Below, piece after piece: positions 14,901-28,700 of a stretch of 64,000 nt of DNA. The position numbers and the translations under genes were made by a program. The DNA is from Azolla caroliniana (lineage: Eukaryota; Plantae; Polypodiophyta), in NCBI GenBank assembly GCA_043228905.1, contig JBHGNT010000008.1, positions 372,001 to 436,000 on the forward strand, given 5' to 3'. The notes below the pieces were generated by a model. It had not been told where the DNA came from. It saw only the letters and a program-made list of their open reading frames with translations, and did not search any database. Each line of letters opens with the position of its first letter. Position 1 is the first letter of the stretch.

Positions 14901-16905
14901 GCTCAAAGTTGTTAATTTCTTCATGTCTGTCGACCTGAGTTTCAAAATCTTAATTTTTTAATTCCATATCATACGTAGTGTTGTTAGCTTCGATTCGCAT
15001 GTTTGAACACTAACATCCAATATCACACGAGCCAGGTCTGAACATTTGAATCAACTCACAGGCTCTACTCAACTCCCTCCTATAATTTGCTAATTTCGTC
15101 ATGTCTCTCGACCTGAGATTCAAAATCTTGAGTTTTTAATTGCATATATAGCTAACATTGTTAGCTTCGATTTGCATGTTTGAACACTAAAATCCGATGT
15201 CACACGGGCCAGGTATGAACATTTTAATTTACTCTCGGGCTCATCTCAACTCCCTCATCAAATTTGGTAATTTCTTCATGTCTCTCGACCTGAGTTTCAA
15301 AATCTTGATTTTTTAATTCCATATCATAGGTAGCGTTGTTAGCTTCGATTCGCATGTTTGAACACTAACATCCGCTATCACACGAGCCAGGTATGAACAT
15401 TTTAATTAACTCACGGGCTCTTCTCAACTCCCTCCTCAAATTTGCTAATTTCGTCATGTCTCTTGACCTGAGATTCAAAATCTTGATTTTTTAATTGCAT
15501 ATCATAGCTAGTGTTGTTAGCTTCGATTCGCATGTTTGAACACAAAAATCCGATGTCACACGAGCCAGGTATGATAATTTTAATTTACTCACGCGCTCTT
15601 CTCAATTCCCTCCTCAAATTTGGTAATTTCTTCATGTCTTTGGACCTGAGTTTCAAAATTAGAGTTTTTAATTCCATATCATAGCTAACGTTGTTAGCTT
15701 CGATTCGCATGTTTGAATACTAAAATCCGATGTCACACTGGTTAGGTATGAACATATTAATTAACTCACGGGCTCTTCTCAACCTCCTCCTCAAATTTGC
15801 TAATTTCGTCATGTCTCTCGACCTAAGTTTCAAAATCTTGATTTTTTAATTCCATATCATAGCTAACATTGTTAGCTTCGATTCACATGTTTGAACACTA
15901 AAATGCGATGTCACACGGGCCAGGTATGAACATTTTAATTTACTCTCGGGCTCTTCTCAATTCCCTCATCAAATTTGGTAATTTCTTCATGTCTCTCGAC
16001 CTGAGTTTCAAAATCTTGATTTTTTAATTCCATATCATAGGTAGCGTTGTTAGCTTCGATTCGCGTGTTTGAACACTAACATCCAATATCACACGAGCCA
16101 GGTATGAACATTTTAATGAACTCACCGGCTCTACTCAACTCCCTCCTCAAATTTGCTAATTTCGTCATGTCTCTCGACCTGAGATTCAAAATCTTGAGTT
16201 TTTAGTTACATATCATAGCTAACATTGTTAGCTTCGATTCGCATGTTTGAACACTAAAATCCGATGTCACACGGGCCAGGTATGAACATTTTAATTTACT
16301 CTCGGGCTCTTCTCAATTCCCTCATCAAATTTGGTAATTTCTTCATGTCTCTCGACCTGAGTTTCAAAATCTTGATTTTTTAATTCCATATCATAGGTAG
16401 CGTTGTTAGCTTCGATTTGCGTGTTTGAACACTAACATCCAATATCACACGAGCCAGGTATGAACATTTTAATTAACTCACGGGCTCTTCTCAACTCCCT
16501 CCTCAAATTTGCTAATTTCGTCATGTCTCTCGACCTGAGTTTCAAATTCTTGATTTTTTAATTCCATATCATAGCTAGTGTTGTTAGCTTCGATTCGCAT
16601 GTTTGAACACAAAAATCCGATGTCACACGAGCCAGGTATGAACATTTTAATTTACTCAAGCGCTCTTCTGAATTCCCTCCTCAAATTTGGTAATTTCTTC
16701 ATGTCTTTTGGACCTGAGTTTCAAAGTCTAGATTTTTTAATTCCATATCATAGGTAGCATTGTAAGCTTCGATTCGCATGTTTGAACACTAACCTCCGAT
16801 ATCACACTAGCCAGGTATGAACATTTTAATTAACTCACGGGCTCTTCTCAACTCCCTCCTCAAATTTGCTAATTTCGTCATGTATCTCGACCTGAGTTTC
16901 AAAAT
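8941..16905. repeat. Satellite subfamily B (heterogeneous; cacacgagcc/cacacgggcc, ctcaactccctc, agctaacgttgttagct)
   Basis: Variant set differs from A. Truncated monomers occur at ~9300, ~11050, ~11840 and ~13438. Confidence 0.82.
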
Positions 16906-19900
16906 CTATGAACATGAGCCATCTATGAACATTTTCATTCATTGAGGAGCTCTTGTCTACGCCTTCCTCAAATTTGCTTTTTCCTTAATGTCTCTCGACT
17001 TGAGGTTCAAAATCTTGATTTTTCAATTCCATATCATAGCTAGATTCGTTAACTTTGATTTTCATGTATAAATACGAAAATCCAATATCACACGAGCCAC
17101 CAATGAACATTTTCATTCATTGAGGATGTCTTCTCTACGCCTTCTTCAAATTTGCTTTTTCATTCATGTCTCTCGATTTGAGGTTCAAAATCATGATTTT
17201 TTAACTCCATATCATAACTAGATTCATTACCTTCGATTGGCAAGTTTAAACACCAAAATCCGATATCACACGAGATCTTGTCTATGCCTTCCTCAAAATT
17301 TCTTTTTTCTTCTTTTCTCTTGACCTGAGTTTCAAAATCTTGATTTTTCAATTCTATATTATAGCTAGATTCCTTACCTTCGATTCGCAAGTTTAACCAC
17401 CAAAATCCGATATAACACGAGCCATTTATGAACATTTTCATTCATTGAGGAGCTCTTGTCCTTGCCTTCCTCAAAATTGTTTTTTTCTTCCTTTCTCTCG
17501 ACCTGAGTTTCAAAATCTTGATTTTTAAATTCCATATCATAGCTAGATTCCTTACCTTCGATTCGCAAGTTTAACCACCAAAATCCGATATCACACGAGC
17601 TACCTATGAACATTGTCATTCATTGAGGAGCTCTTGTCTATGCCTTCCTCAAAATTGCTTTTTTCTTCTTTTCTCTCGACCTGAGTGTCAAAATCTTGAT
17701 TTTTCAATTCTATATTATAGACTACATCGTTAGCTTCGATTGGCAAGTTTAAACACCAAAATCCGATATCACATGAGCCATCTATGAACATTTTCATTCC
17801 TTGAGGACGTCTTGTCTACGCCTTGCTCAAATTTGCATTTTCCTTCATGTCTCTCGACTTGAGGTTCAAAATCTTGATTTTTCAATTCCATATCATAGCT
17901 AGATTCGTAAAGTTTGATTTGCATGTAGAAATACGAAAATCCAATATCACACGAGCCATCGATGAACATTTTCATTCATTGAGGATGTGTTCTCTACGCC
18001 TTCCTCAAATTTGCTTTTTCCTTCATGTCTCTCGATTTGAGGTTCAAAATCATGATTTTTTAACTCCATATCATAACTAGATTCATTACCTTCGATTGGC
18101 AAGTTTAAACACCAAAATCCGATATCACACGAGATCTTGTCTATGCCTTCCTCAAAATTTCTTTTTTCTTCTTTTCTCTCGACCTGAGTTTCAAAATCTT
18201 GATTTTTCAATTCTATATTATAGACTACATCGTTAGCTTCGATTGGCAAGTTTAAACACCAAAATCCGATATCACATGAGCCATCTATGAACATTTTCAT
18301 TCCTTGAGGACGTCTTGTCTACGCCTTGCTCAAATTTGCATTTTCCTTCATGTCTCTCGACTTGAGGTTCAAAATCTTGATTTTTCAATTCCATATCATA
18401 GCTAGATTCGTAAAGTTTGATTTGCATGTAGAAATACGAAAATCCAATATCACACGAGCCATCGATGAACATTTTCATTCATTGAGGATGTGTTCTCTAC
18501 GCCTTCCTCAAATTTGCTTTTTCCTTCATGTCTCTCGATTTGAGGTTCAAAATGATGATTTTTTAACTCCATATCATAACTAGATTCATTACCTTCGATT
18601 GGCAAGTTTAAACACCAAAATCCGATATCACACGAGATCTTGTCTATGCCTTCCTCAAAATTTCTTTTTTCTTCTTTTCTCTCGACCTGAGTTTCAAAAT
18701 CTTGATTTTTCAATTCTATATTATAGACTACATCGTTAGCTTCGATTGGCAAGTTTAAACACCAAAATCCGATATCACATGAGCCATCTATGAACATTTT
18801 CATTCCTTGAGGACGTCTTGTCTACGCCTTGCTCAAATTTGCATTTTCCTTCATGTCTCTCGACTTGAGGTTCAAAATCTTGATTTTTCAATTCCATATC
18901 ATAGCTAGATTCGTTAAGTTTGATTCGCATGTAGAAATGCGAAAATCCAAAATCACACGAGCCACCGATGAACATTTTCATTCATTGAGGATGTCTTCTC
19001 TACGCCTTCCTCAAATTTACTTTTTCCTTCATGTCTCTCGATTTGAGGTTCAAAATCATGATTTTTTAACTCCATATCATAACTAGATTCATTACCTTCG
19101 ATTGGCAAGTTTAAACACCAAAATCCGATATCACACGAGCTCTTGTCTATGCCTTCCTCAAAATTTCTTTTTTCTTCTCTTCTCTCGACCTGAGTTTCAA
19201 AATCTTGATTTTTCAATTCTATATTATAGACTACATCGTTAGCTTCGATTGGCAAGTTTAAACACCAAAATCCGATATCACATGAGCCATCTATGAACAT
19301 TTTCATTCCTTGAGGAGGTCTTGTCTACGCCTTGCTCAAATTTGCATTTTCCTTCATGTCTCTCGACTTGAGGTTCAAAATCTTGATTTTTAAATTCCAT
19401 ATCATAGCTAGATTCGTTATCTTCGATTCGCATGTTTAACCACCAAAATCCGATATCACACGAGCTACCTATGAACATTGTCATTCATTGAGGAGCTCTT
19501 GTCTATGCCTTCCTCAAAATTTCTTTTCTCTTCTTTTCTCTCCACCTAAGTTTCAAAATCTTGATTTTTCAATTCTATATTATAGCTAGATTCCTTACCT
19601 TCGATTCGCAAGTTTAAACACCAAAATCCGATATCACACGAGCCATCTCTGACCATTTTCATTCATTGAGGAGCTCTTGTCAATGCCTACCTCAAAATTC
19701 CTTTTTTCTTCTTTTCTCTCGATCTGAGTTTCAAAATCTTGATTTTTCAATTCTATATTATAGACTACTTCGTTACCTTCGATTCGCAAGTTTAAACACC
19801 AAAATCCGATATCACACGAGCCATCTCTGACCATTTTCATTCATTGAGGATCTCTTGTCTATGCCTTCCTCAAAATTCCTTTTTTCTTCTTTTCTGTCGA

Positions 19901-22350
19901 CCTGAGTTTCAAAATCTTGATTTTTCAATTCTATATTATAGACTACTTCGTTATCTTCGACTCGCAAATTTAAACACCAAAATCCGATATCACACGAGCC
20001 ATTTATGAACAGTTTCATTCATTGAGGAGCTCTTGTCTATGCCTTCCTCAAATTTGCTTTTTTCTTCTTTTCTCTCGACCTGAGTTTCAAAATCTTGATT
20101 TTTAAATTCCATATCATAGCTAGGTTCCTTACCTTCGATTCGCATGTTTAACCACCAAAATCCGATATCACACGAGCTACCTATGAACATTTTCATTGCT
20201 TGAGGATGTCTTATCTACGCCTGGCTCAAATTTGCATTTTCCTTCATGTCTCTGGACTTGAGGTTCAAAATCTTGATTTTTGAATTCCATATCATTGCTA
20301 GATTCCTTAACTTTGATTGTCAAGTTTAAACACCAAAATCCGATATCACACGAGCCATCTATGAACATTTTCATTCATTGAGGAGGTCTTGTGTACGCCT
20401 TCCTCAAATTTTCTTTTTCCTTCATGTCTCTCGACTTGAGGTTCAAACTCTTGATTTTTAAATTCCATATCATAGCTAGATTCGTTACCTTCGATGCACA
20501 TGTTTAAATACGAAAATCCGATATCACTCGAGCCATTTATGAACATTTTCATTCATTGAGGAGCTATTGTCTATGCCTTCCTAAAAATTTCTTTTTTCTT
20601 CTTTTCTCTCGACCTGAGTTTAAAATGTTGATTTTTCAATTCCATATCATAGCTAGATTCATTACCTTCAATTCCCATGTAGAAACACCAAAATCCGATA
20701 TCACACGAGCCATTTATGAACATTTCCATTCATTGAGGAGCTCTTGTCTATGCCTTTCTCTACACTGCTTTTTCCTTCATGTCTGTCGACTTGAATTTCA
20801 AAATCTTGATTTTTAAATTCCATATCATAGCTAGATTCCTTACCTTCGATTCGCAAGTTTAAACACCAAAATCCGATATCACACGAGCCATCTCTAACCA
20901 TTTTCATTCATTGAGGAGCTCTTGTCTATGCCTTTCTCAAAATTCCTTTTTTCTTCTTTTCTCTCGACCTGAGTTTCAAAATCTTGATTTTTCAATTTTA
21001 TATTATAGACTACTTCGTTACCTTCGATTCGCAAGTTTAAACACCAAAATCCGATATCACACGAGCCATTTATGAACAGTTTCATTCATTGAGGAGCTCT
21101 TGTCTATGCCTTCCTCAAAATTGCTTTTTTCTTCTTTTCTCTCGACCTGAGTTTCAAAATCTTGATTTTTAAATTCCATATCATAGCTAGATTCCTTACC
21201 TTCGATTCGCATGTTTAACCACCAAAATCCGATATCACCCGAGCTACCTATGAACATTTTTATTCCTTGAGGACGTCTTCTCTACGCCTTGCTCAAATTT
21301 GCATTTTCCTTCATGTCTCTCAACTTGAGGTTCAAAATCTTGATTTTTCAATTCCATATCATAGCTAGAGTCCTTACCTTCGATTGGCAAGTTTCAACAC
21401 CAAAATTCGATATCACACGAGCCATCTATGAACATTTTCATTCATTGAGGAGGTCTTGTGTACGCCTTCCTCAAATTTTCTTTTTCCTTCATGTCTCTCG
21501 ACTTGACGTTCAAACTCTTGATTTTTCAATTCCATATCATAGCTAGATTCGTTACCTTCGACTCACATGTTTAAATACCAAAATCCGATATCACACGAGC
21601 CATTTATGAACAGTTTCATTCATTGAGGAGCTCTTGTCTATGCCTTCCTCAAAATTGCTTTTTTCTTCTTTTCTCTTGACCTGAGTTTCAAAATCTTGAT
21701 TTTTTAATTCCATATCATAGCTAGATTCGTTACCTTCGATTCGTTGTCTATGCCTTTCTCAAAATTACTTTTTTCTTCTTTTCTCTCGACCTGAGTTTCA
21801 AAATCTTGATTTTTAAATTCTTTATTAAAGACTACTTCGTTACCTTCGATTCACAAATTTAAACACCAAAATCCGATATCACACGAGCCATCTCTGTCCA
21901 TTTTCATTCATTGAGGAGGTCTTGTCTATGCCTTCCTCAAAATTGCGTTTTTGTTCTTTTCTGTCGACCTGAGTTTCAAAATCCTTATTTTTCAATTCTA
22001 TATTATAGACTACATCGTTACCTTCGATTGGCAAGTTTAAACACCAAAATCCGATATCACACGAGCCATCTATGAACATTTTCATTCCTTAAGAACGTCT
22101 TGTCTACGCCTTGCTCAAATTTGCATTTTCCTTCATGTCTCTCGACTTGAGGTTCAAAATCTTGATTTTTCAATTCCATATCATAGCTAGATTCCTTACC
22201 TTCGATTGGCAAGTTTAAACACCAAAATCCGATATCGCACGAGCCATCTGTGTACGCCTTCCTCAAATTTTCTTTTTCCTTCATGTCTCTCGACTTGAGG
22301 TTCAAACTCTTGATTTTTCAATTCCATATCATAGCTAGATTCGTTACCTT
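16906..22350. repeat. Satellite subfamily C (ttcattcattgaggagctcttgtctatgcc; aagtttaaacacc)
   Basis: Abrupt switch of the variable part of the monomer at ~16906. The 178-bp period and the conserved blocks are unchanged. Confidence 0.9.
17769..19280. repeat. 503-bp trimeric higher-order repeat (178+178+147), three copies
   Basis: ORF-track offsets 17769/18272/18775/19278. Each unit has one monomer lacking 31 bp (cacacgag(a/c)tcttgtct). Confidence 0.9.
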
Positions 22351-23469
22351 CGATTCGCATGTTTGAACACGAAAATCCAATATCACACGAGCCAGGTCTG
22401 AACATTTTAATCAACTCACAGGCTCTACTCAACTCCCTCCTATAATTTGCTAATTTCGTCATGTCTCTCGACCTGAGATTCAAAATCTTGAGTTTTTAAT
22501 TGCATATCATAGCTAACATTGTTCGCTTCGATTCGCATGTTTGAACACTAAAATCCGATGTCACACGGGCTAGGTATGAACATTTTAATTTACTCTCGGG
22601 CTCTTTTCAACTCCCTCATCAAATTTGGTAATTTCTTCATGTCTCTCGACCTGAGTTTCAAAATCTTGATTTTTTAATTCCATATCATAGGTAGCGTTGG
22701 TAATTTCATCATGTCTCTCGACCTGAGTTTTAAAATCCTTATTTTTTTATTCCATATCATAGCTAACGTTGTTAGCTTCGATTCGCTTTTTGGACATTAA
22801 CATCCGATATCACACGAGCCAGGTATGACAATTTTAATTTACTCACGCGCTCTTCTCAATTCGCTCCTCAAATTTGGTAATTACAATTTTAATTTACTCA
22901 CGACCTCTTCTCAAGTCTCTGCTCAAATTTGGTAATTTCTTCATGTCTGTCGACCTGAGTTACAAAATCTTGATTTTTGAATTCAATATCGTAGGTAGCG
23001 TTGTTAGCTTCGATTCGCATGTTTGAACACTAAAATCCGATATCACACGAGCCAGGTATGAACATTTTAATTAACTCACGAGCTCTTCTCAAATCCCTCA
23101 TCAAATTTGGTAATTTCGTCATGTCTCTCGACCTGAGTTTCAAAATCTTGATTTTTCTAATTCTAGATCATAGCTAACATTGTTAGCTTTGATTTGCATG
23201 TTTGAACACTAAAATCCGATGTCACACGGGCCAGGTATGAACATTTTAATTTACTCTCGGGCTCATCTCAACTCCCTCATCAAATTTGGTAATTTCTTCA
23301 TGTGTCTCGACCTGAGTTGCAAAATCTTGATTTTTTAATTCCATATCATAGGTAGCGTTGTTAGCTTCGATTCGCATGTTTGAACACTGACATCCGATAT
23401 CACACGAGCCAGGTATGAACATTTTAATTAACTCACGGGCTCTTCTCAACTCCCTCCTCAAATTTGCTA
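22351..23469. repeat. Subfamily B mosaic: copy of ~14990-15337 joined to copy of ~13255-14028
   Basis: Private variants ccaggtctgaac...caactcacaggctctactc and ggtaattacaattttaatttactcacgacc recur. The junction gtagcgttggtaatttcatc is at ~22698. Confidence 0.75.
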
Positions 23470-24840
23470 GTATTGTTAGCTTCGATTCGCATATTTAAAC
23501 ATTAAAATCCGATATCAGATGGGCCAGGTATGAACATTTTAATTTAATCTCGGGCTCCTCTCTACTCCCTCCTCTAATTTGGGAATGTCTTCATATCTCT
23601 CGACCTGAGTTTCAAAATCTTGATTTTTTAATTCCATGTCATAGGTAGCTTTGTTAGCTTCAATTCGCATATTTGAACACTAAAATCCGATATCACATGG
23701 GCCAGGTATGAACATTTTAATTTACTCTCGGCCTCTTCTCTACTCCCTCCTCTAATTTAGTAATTTCTTCATGTCTCTCGATCTGAGTTTCAAAACCTTG
23801 ATTTTTTAATTCCATATCATAGCTAGCCTTGTTAGCTTCGATTCGTATGTTTGAACACTAAAATCCGATATCACATGGCCCAGGTATGAACATTTTAATT
23901 TACTCTCGGGCTCTTCTCAACTCCCTCCTCAAATCTGGTAATTTCTTCATGTCTCTCGACGTGAGTTTCAAAAGCTTGATTTTTTAATTCTATATCATAG
24001 GTAGCTTTGTTAGCTTCGATTTGCATATTTGAACACTAAAATCCGATATCACATGGGCCAGATATGAACATTTTAATTTACTCTCGGGCGCCTCTCTACT
24101 CCCTCCTCTAATTTGGGAATGTCTTCATGTCTCTCAACCTGAGTTTCAAAATCTTGATTTTTTAATTCCATCTCATAGGTACCTTTGTTAGCTTCAATCT
24201 TGATTTTTTAATTCCATCTTGATTTTTTAATTCCATCTCATTTTTGAACACTAAAATCAGATATCACATGGGCCAGGTATGAACATTTTAATTTACTCTC
24301 GGCCTCTTCTCAACTCCCTCCTCAAATTTGGTAATTTCTTCATGTCTCTCGACGTGAGTTTTAAAATCCTGATTTTTTAATTCCATATCATAGGTAGGTT
24401 GGTTAGCTTTAATTCTCATGGCTGAACAATAAAATCCGATATCACATGGGCCAGGTATGAACATTTTAATTTACTCTCGGCCTCTTCTCTACTCCCTCCT
24501 CTAATTTTGTAATTTCTTTATGTCTCTCAACCTGAGTTTCATAACCTTGATTTCTTAAGTCCATATCATCGCTAGTGTTGTTAGTTTCGATTCGCATGTT
24601 TGAACACTAAAATCCGATATCACACGAGCCAGGTATGCACTGTGTAATTTACTCACGCGCTCTTCTCAACTCCCTCATCAAATTTGGTAATTCCTTCATG
24701 TGTCTCGACCTGAGTTTCAAAATCTTGATTTTTTAATTCCATATCATATCTAGTGTTGTTATCTTCGATTCCCATGTTTGAAAACTAACATCCGATGTCA
24801 CACGAGCCAGGTATGACAATTTTAATTTACTCACGCGCTT
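23470..24840. repeat. Third copy of segment ~7878-9247 (A to B transition)
   Basis: Contains the same private landmarks: gatatcagatggg, the filler at 24196, catggctgaacaat and ggtatgcactgtgt. Confidence 0.85.
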
Positions 24841-25799
24841 TGTTAGCTTCGATTCGCATATTTGAACACTAAAATCCGATATCACATGGGCCAGGTATGA
24901 ACATTTTAATTTACTCTCGGGCTCCTCTCTACTCCGTCCTCTAATTTGGGAATGTCTTCATGTCTCTTGACCTGAGTTTCAAAATCTTGATTATTTAATT
25001 CGATATCATAGGTACCTTTGTTAGCTTCGATTCGCATGTTTGAACACTAAAATCCGATATCACATGGGCCAGGTATGAACATTTTAATTTACTCTCGGCC
25101 TCTTCTCTACTCCCTCCTCTAATTTGGTAATTTCTTCATGTCTCTCGACCTGAGTTTCAAAACCTTGATTTTTTAATTCCATATCATAGCTAGCCTTGTT
25201 AGCTTCGATTCGTATGTTTGAACACTAAAATCCGATATCACATGGGCCAGGTATGAACATTTTAATTTACTCTCGGCCTCTTCTCTACTCCCTCCTCTAA
25301 TTTGGTAATTTCTTCATGTCTCTCGACCTGAGTTTCAAAACCTTGATTTTTTCATTCCATATCATAGCTAGCCTTGTTAGCTTCAATTCGCATGTTTGAA
25401 CACTAAAATCCGATATCACATGGGCCAGGTATGAACATTTTAATTTACTCTCGGCCTCTTCTCTACTCCCTCCTCTAATTTGGTAATTTCTTCATGTCTC
25501 TCGACCTGAGTTTCAAAACCTTGATTTTTTCATTCCATATCATAGCTAGCCTTGTTAGCTTCGATTCGCATATTTGAACACTAACATCCGATATCACATG
25601 GGCCAGGTATGAACATTTCAATTTACTCTCGGGCTCCTCTCTACTCCGTCCTCTAATTTGGGAATATCTTCATGTCTCTTCACCTGAGTTTCAAAATCTT
25701 GATTATTTAATTCGATATCATAGGTACCTTTGTTAGCTTCGATTCGCATGTTTGAGCACTAAAATCCGATATCACATGGGCCAGGTATGAACATTTTAA

Positions 25800-28700
25800 T
25801 TTACTCTCGGCCTCTTCTCTACTCCCTCCTCTAATTTGGTAATTTCTTCATGTCTCTCGACCTGAGTTTCAAAACCTTGATTTTTTAATTCCATATCATA
25901 GCTAGCCTTGTTAGCTTCAATTCGCATGTTTGAACACTAAAATCCGATATCACATGGGCCAGGTATGAACATTTTAATTTACTCTCGGGCTCTTCTCAAA
26001 TCCCTCCTCAAATTGGGTAATGTCTTCATGTCTCTCGACGTGAGTTTCGAAAGCTTGATTTTTTAATTCCATGTCATAGGTAGCTTTGTTAGCTTCGATT
26101 CGCATATTTGAACACTAAACTCCGATATCACATGGGCCAGGTATGAACATTTTAATTTACTCTCGGGCTCCTCTCTACTCCGTCCTCTAATTTGGGAATA
26201 TCTTCATGTCTCTTGACCTGAGTTTCAAAATCTTGATTATTTAATTCGATATCATAGGTACCTTTGTTAGCTTCGATTCGCATGTTTGAACACTAAAATC
26301 CGATATCACATGGGCCAGGTATGAACATTTTAATTTACTCTCGGCCTCTTCTCTACTCCCTCCTCAAATTTGGTAATTTCTTCATGTCTCTCGACCTGAG
26401 TTTCGAAACCTTGATTTTTCAATTCCATATCATAGCTAGCCTTGTTAGCTTCGATTCGTATGTTTGAACACTAAAATCCGATATCACATGGGCCAGGTAT
26501 GAACATTTTAATTTACTCTCGACCTCTTCTCTACTCCCTCCTCTAATTTGGTAATTTCTTCATGTCTCTCGACCTGAGTTTCAAAACCTTGATTTTTTAA
26601 TTCCATATCATAGTTAGCCTTGTTAGCTTCGATTCGTATGTTTGAACACTAAAATCCAATATCACATGGGCCAGGTATGAACATTTTAATTTACTCTCGG
26701 GATCTTCTCAACTCCATCCTCAAATTTGGTAATTTCTTCATGTGTCTCGACGTGAGTTTCAAAAGCTTGATTTTTTAATTCCATATCATAGGTAGCTTTG
26801 TTAGCTTCGATTCTCATATTTGAACACTAAAATCCTCTCGGGTATGAACATTTTAATTTACTCTCGGGCCAGGTATGAACATTTTAATTTACTCTCGGGC
26901 TCCTCTCTACTCCCTCCTCTAATTTGGGAATGTCTTCATGTCTCTCGACCTGAGTTTCAAAATCTTGATTTTCGAATTCCATAACATAGCTCGCATTGTT
27001 AGCTTTGATTCGCATATTTGAACACTAAAATCTGATATCACATGGGCCAGGTATGAACATTTTAATTTACTCTCGGCCTCTTCTCTACTCCCTCCTCTAA
27101 TTTAGTAATTTCTTCATGTCTCTCGACCTGAGTTTCAAAATCTTGATTTTTGAATTCCATAACATAGCTCGTATTGTTAGCTTCGATTCGCATATTTAAA
27201 CACTAAAATCCGATATCAGATGGGCCAGGTATGAACATTTTAATTTAATCTCGGGCTCGTCTCTACTCCCTCCTCTAATTTGGGAATGTCTTCATATCTC
27301 TCGACCTGAGTTTCAAAATCTTGATTTTTTAATTCCATGTCATAGGTAGCTTTGTTAGCTTCAATTCGCATATTTGAACACTAAAATCCGATATCACATG
27401 GGCCAGGTATGAACATTTTAATTTACTCTCGGCCTCTTCTCTACTCCCTCCTCTAATTTAGTAATTTCTTCATGTCTCTCGACCTGAGTTTTAAAACCTT
27501 GATTTTTTAATTCCATATCATAGCTAGCCTTTTTAGCTTCGATTCGTATATTTGAACACTAAAATCCGATATCACATGGGCCAGGTATGAACATTTTAAT
27601 TTACTCTCGGGCTCTTCTCAACTCCCTCCTCAAATCTGGTAATTTCTTCATGTCTCTCGACGTGAGTTTCAAAAGCTTGATTTTTTAATTCTATATCATA
27701 GGTAGCTTTGTTAGCTTCGATTTGCATATTTGAACACTAAAATCCGATATCATATGGGCCAGGTATGAACATTTTAATTTACTCTCGGGCGCCTCTCTAC
27801 GCCCTCCTCTAATTTGGGAATGTCTTCATGTCTCTCGACCTGAGTTTCAAAATCTTGATTTTTTAATTCCATCTCATAGGTACCTTTGTTAGCTTCAATC
27901 TTGATTTTTTAATTCCATCTTGATTTTTTAATTCCATCTCATTTTTGAACACTAAAATCAGATATCACATGGGCCAGGTATGAACATTTTAATTTACTCT
28001 CGGCCTCTTCTCAACTCCCTCCTCAAATTTGGTAATTTCTTCATGTCTCTCGACGTGAGTTTTAAAATCCTGATTTTTTAATTCCATATCATAGGTAGGT
28101 TGGTTAGCTTTAATTCTCATGGCTGAACAATAAAATCCGATATCACATGGGCCAGGTATGAACATTTTAATTTACTCTCGGCCTCTTCTCTACTCCCTCC
28201 TCTAATTTTGTAATTTCTTTATGTCTCTCAACCTGAGTTTCATAACCTTGATTTCTTAAGTCCATATCATCGCTAGTGTTGTTAGTTTCGATTCGCATGT
28301 TTGAACACTAAAATCCGATCTCACACGAGCCAGGTATGCACTGTGTAATTTACCCACGCGCTCTTCTCAACTCCCTCATCAAATTTGGTAATTCCTTCAT
28401 GTGTCTCGACCTAAGTTTCAAAATCTTGATTTTTTAATTCCATATCATATCTAGTGTTGTTATCTTCGATTCCCATGTTTGAAAACTAACATCCGATGTC
28501 ACACGAGCCAGGTATGACAATTTTAATTTACTCACGCGCTTTTCTCAATTCCCTCCTCAAATTTGGTAATTTCTTCATGTCTCTCGACCTGAGTTATTAG
28601 CTTCGATTCGCATATTGGAACCCTAACATCCGATATCACACGAGCCAGGTATGAACATTTTAATTAACTCACGGGCTCTTCTCAACTCTCTCAAATTTGC

